DNA of 32,696 nt, taken from contig LVLI01000159.1 in assembly GCA_001687465.1 (NCBI GenBank), forward strand, positions 1 through 32,696. The letters are read 5' to 3'. Position 1 is the stretch's first letter. Each line of letters begins with the position of its first letter. Shown here piece after piece: positions 30,853 to 32,696 of this stretch. The position numbers and the translations under genes are program-made. The notes below the pieces were generated by a model. The model saw only the letters and a program-made list of their open reading frames with translations. It ran no database searches and had not been told where the DNA came from. The DNA is from Halocafeteria seosinensis (Eukaryota).

Positions 30853-31308
30853 AGAAAACGCTGTGCACCGCTATAAGTCAGTCTCTAAATGTCGCAATTC
30901 AATCGCAGGATCCACGAGCCAAATTATCCATTGTATAGTGGCAACCGATCCATCCACCATGAACGACCTGCCTGAGCTTATCAATACAGTAACCTTACCG
31001 CCTAGTGCGCTGAACAATACATCTATGTAGGCGCGTAGGAACTTGGGTAGCCTGGACTCCGGAGTTTAGACACGCAACTGAACTTTAGCTGGGGCTGGCG
31101 GTGTGCCCCGACACCAAAGCATCAAGAGGGTTGAAAACTCGATTAACAACTGTAGGAAGAATCCCGGAGCAATCTAGTCCCTTCAAAAACCATGTCGAAA
31201 CAAACGACGTTCGGATTCTTCGTTCTTCGATCGGGATATTGGCAACCCACATCATGTAGCACAGGGTCAAAATTCCAACGAACTTATCCGTAAAGCTGCA
31301 AGGCATTC

Positions 31309-32493
31309 CTACCTGCGTTTTCGGGATTGAACTGATCGCTTTGCGACTTGAGCTGGCAAATTTAAGGAGGCTAACGGAACCCTCGGGACTCTGGTTCCAG
31401 TGGGTGTCGGATAGAAACTTGTACCAAGCGTTGGAATTGCCGCCAAAGTAGCACTACTTGTTGCGACCGCAGAATTTTGTGTCTCAGTCGGAGCCAGGAT
31501 CCAGGTTGGACTAGTTGAGGGGCTAGCAGTGGGCGTTGAAGATCCACTGGGAGTTTGAGTCTCAGCTGGGCTTGTCGAGGGACTAGTAGTGGGCGTCGAA
31601 GATCCACTGGGTGTTGGTGTCCCAGCTGCGCTTGTCGAGGGACTAGTAGTGGGCGTCGAAGTTCCAGTGAGAGTTGGACTTTCACTAGCGGTAGAAGATG
31701 GTGTTGATGTGAATGTTTCACTCGACGTACTGCTGGATGTGGAAGTAGAGGAAAACGTTCCAGTGCGTGTCGGACTAGCGGATGTAGTCCCACTTGCTGT
31801 TTTTGTCGGCGTAGAAGTCACTGATGGAGTACTGGTAGGCGCTACCCTGGGACACACAGCTGACGGGAGCATCAACAAATGCGCATACCTAATTTGAACA
31901 GTCGCTGCATCGAAGTTGACATTATGGAGAGTTGGAACCGTGATCTCAATACTTCCGGTGATTGGCTCGGGAATCTCGTACTTGCACTGGAGCAGGCTCC
32001 ATTCACCTATAGGCGGGAAAGTGATTGCAGTAGAGTCTTCCCAGGAAACGCATGGTTCGCCGTTGTATACTCTTATCTCTTGTACACAGTTAGTAGAGCT
32101 AATAGTCCCGGGATTCAAGCGCTTTATTTCCAAGCTGAGCACGTAGAAGCCGGCGCACGGCTGTTCAACCACTTGCTCCAAGACTTGTGACGCCTGAACT
32201 TCCATGACGCCCGCTTCAGGTAGGACAAGCGCTGTCGACCTCTCCGACCATGCATCTACCCCTTTACTAAAATTTCCATCCCTGAAGAGGTTGTTGTCGT
32301 CGTTTAAGCAGTCGATTTCTTCCAAACTGCACGCGAAGGCTTCCAACTTCCACCCACTACAGGCACATCTTCGTCGTCGACTACAGGCTGTCCCGGACAC
32401 TTGTAAATTTGGGACAACTGTACAAGTACAGTACGTACAGTTCAAAACTATACAGAATGCGACTTCAACTTCAACAAAACTAGGTGGTACCAA
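31309..32493 (-). CDS. Second CBM4/9-like plus mucin-stalk surface protein paralogue; 5' end unresolved
   Basis: CLNDDNNLFRDGNFSKGVDAW, EQPCAGFY, FPPIGEWSLLQC, QIRYAHLLMLPSAVCP, a T/S/P stalk, and ASLNLPAQVAKRSVQS, all parallel to 28232-29404. No in-frame ATG near the 5' end; possible acceptor TACAG near 32418. Confidence 0.7.
   Translation of the reverse strand: MVPPSFVEVEVAFCIVLNCTYCTCTVVPNLQVSGTACSRRRRCACSGWKLEAFACSLEEIDCLNDDNNLFRDGNFSKGVDAWSERSTALVLPEAGVMEVQASQVLEQVVEQPCAGFYVLSLEIKRLNPGTISSTNCVQEIRVYNGEPCVSWEDSTAITFPPIGEWSLLQCKYEIPEPITGSIEITVPTLHNVNFDAATVQIRYAHLLMLPSAVCPRVAPTSTPSVTSTPTKTASGTTSASPTRTGTFSSTSTSSSTSSETFTSTPSSTASESPTLTGTSTPTTSPSTSAAGTPTPSGSSTPTTSPSTSPAETQTPSGSSTPTASPSTSPTWILAPTETQNSAVATSSATLAAIPTLGTSFYPTPTGTRVPRVPLASLNLPAQVAKRSVQSRKRR
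31503..31680 (-). repeat. 60-nt (20-aa) tandem repeat, about 3 copies, coding TPTTSPSTSxAxTxTPSGSS
   Basis: CTTGTCGAGGGACTAGTAGTGGGCGTCGAAG at 31571 and 31631, with a diverged copy at 31511. Confidence 0.9.
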
Positions 32494-32696
32494 AGTCTTA
32501 CATAAATCGACGTGTATTACATGTTTGTTTCGGTCAATTTGTATAACATGACCATGTTGATAATCAACGGTGAAGTGGCTTCACTATCATTGCGGTGTTT
32601 TGGTACAGAGGCAAAAACAAGTTGCCAATACTCCTCCAACAAGCAGGCGCCTGGAAGTACACATCTGGACGACAAGTATATCGCATATGCATATAG

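Noticed and set aside
31503..31680. 60-nt periodic repeats as a CRISPR-like array
   Set aside because: Whole units repeat with no unique spacers, the period is a multiple of three within a Thr/Ser-rich ORF, and the context is eukaryotic with no cas genes.
32590..32660. Signal-peptide-like MCTSRRLLVGGVLATCFCLC on the minus strand as first exon of the 31309-32493 gene
   Set aside because: The frame hits TGA TAG TGA and no convincing donor links it in phase; left unresolved.

Overview
Gene-dense eukaryotic (protist) DNA with short GT-AG spliceosomal introns, mostly 65-110 nt. The gene content (IDI-squalene synthase fusion, delta-tubulin, GH25 lysozyme-like protein) suggests a flagellated, probably stramenopile-like organism; that assignment is inference. 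From left to right: a 3-exon IDI-SQS fusion gene; an inverted decayed LRR gene fragment; a 6-exon secreted GH25 lysozyme-like gene lacking the catalytic DxE motif; a ~1324-aa unknown protein; an LRR gene broken by a frameshift at a G8 run; a complete 1347-bp non-autonomous hAT transposon with TIRs and a perfect 8-bp TSD; a small membrane protein; a 7-exon mitochondrial 2-oxoglutarate/malate-type carrier; SNW1/SKIP head-to-head with a 1515-aa multi-PDZ protein; a delta-tubulin with two large insertions; and a ~6-kb tandem array of intact and decaying paralogues encoding a CBM4/9-like domain plus a Ser/Thr mucin-like stalk. No rRNA, tRNA or CRISPR array was recognised. I cannot demonstrate a wholly new system. 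The best leads are the surface-protein array, the apparently non-catalytic GH25, the enlarged delta-tubulin beside a PDZ protein with possible microtubule-binding repeats, and a hairpin in the long first intron of SNW1. All gene models were built by hand and need RNA-seq confirmation.
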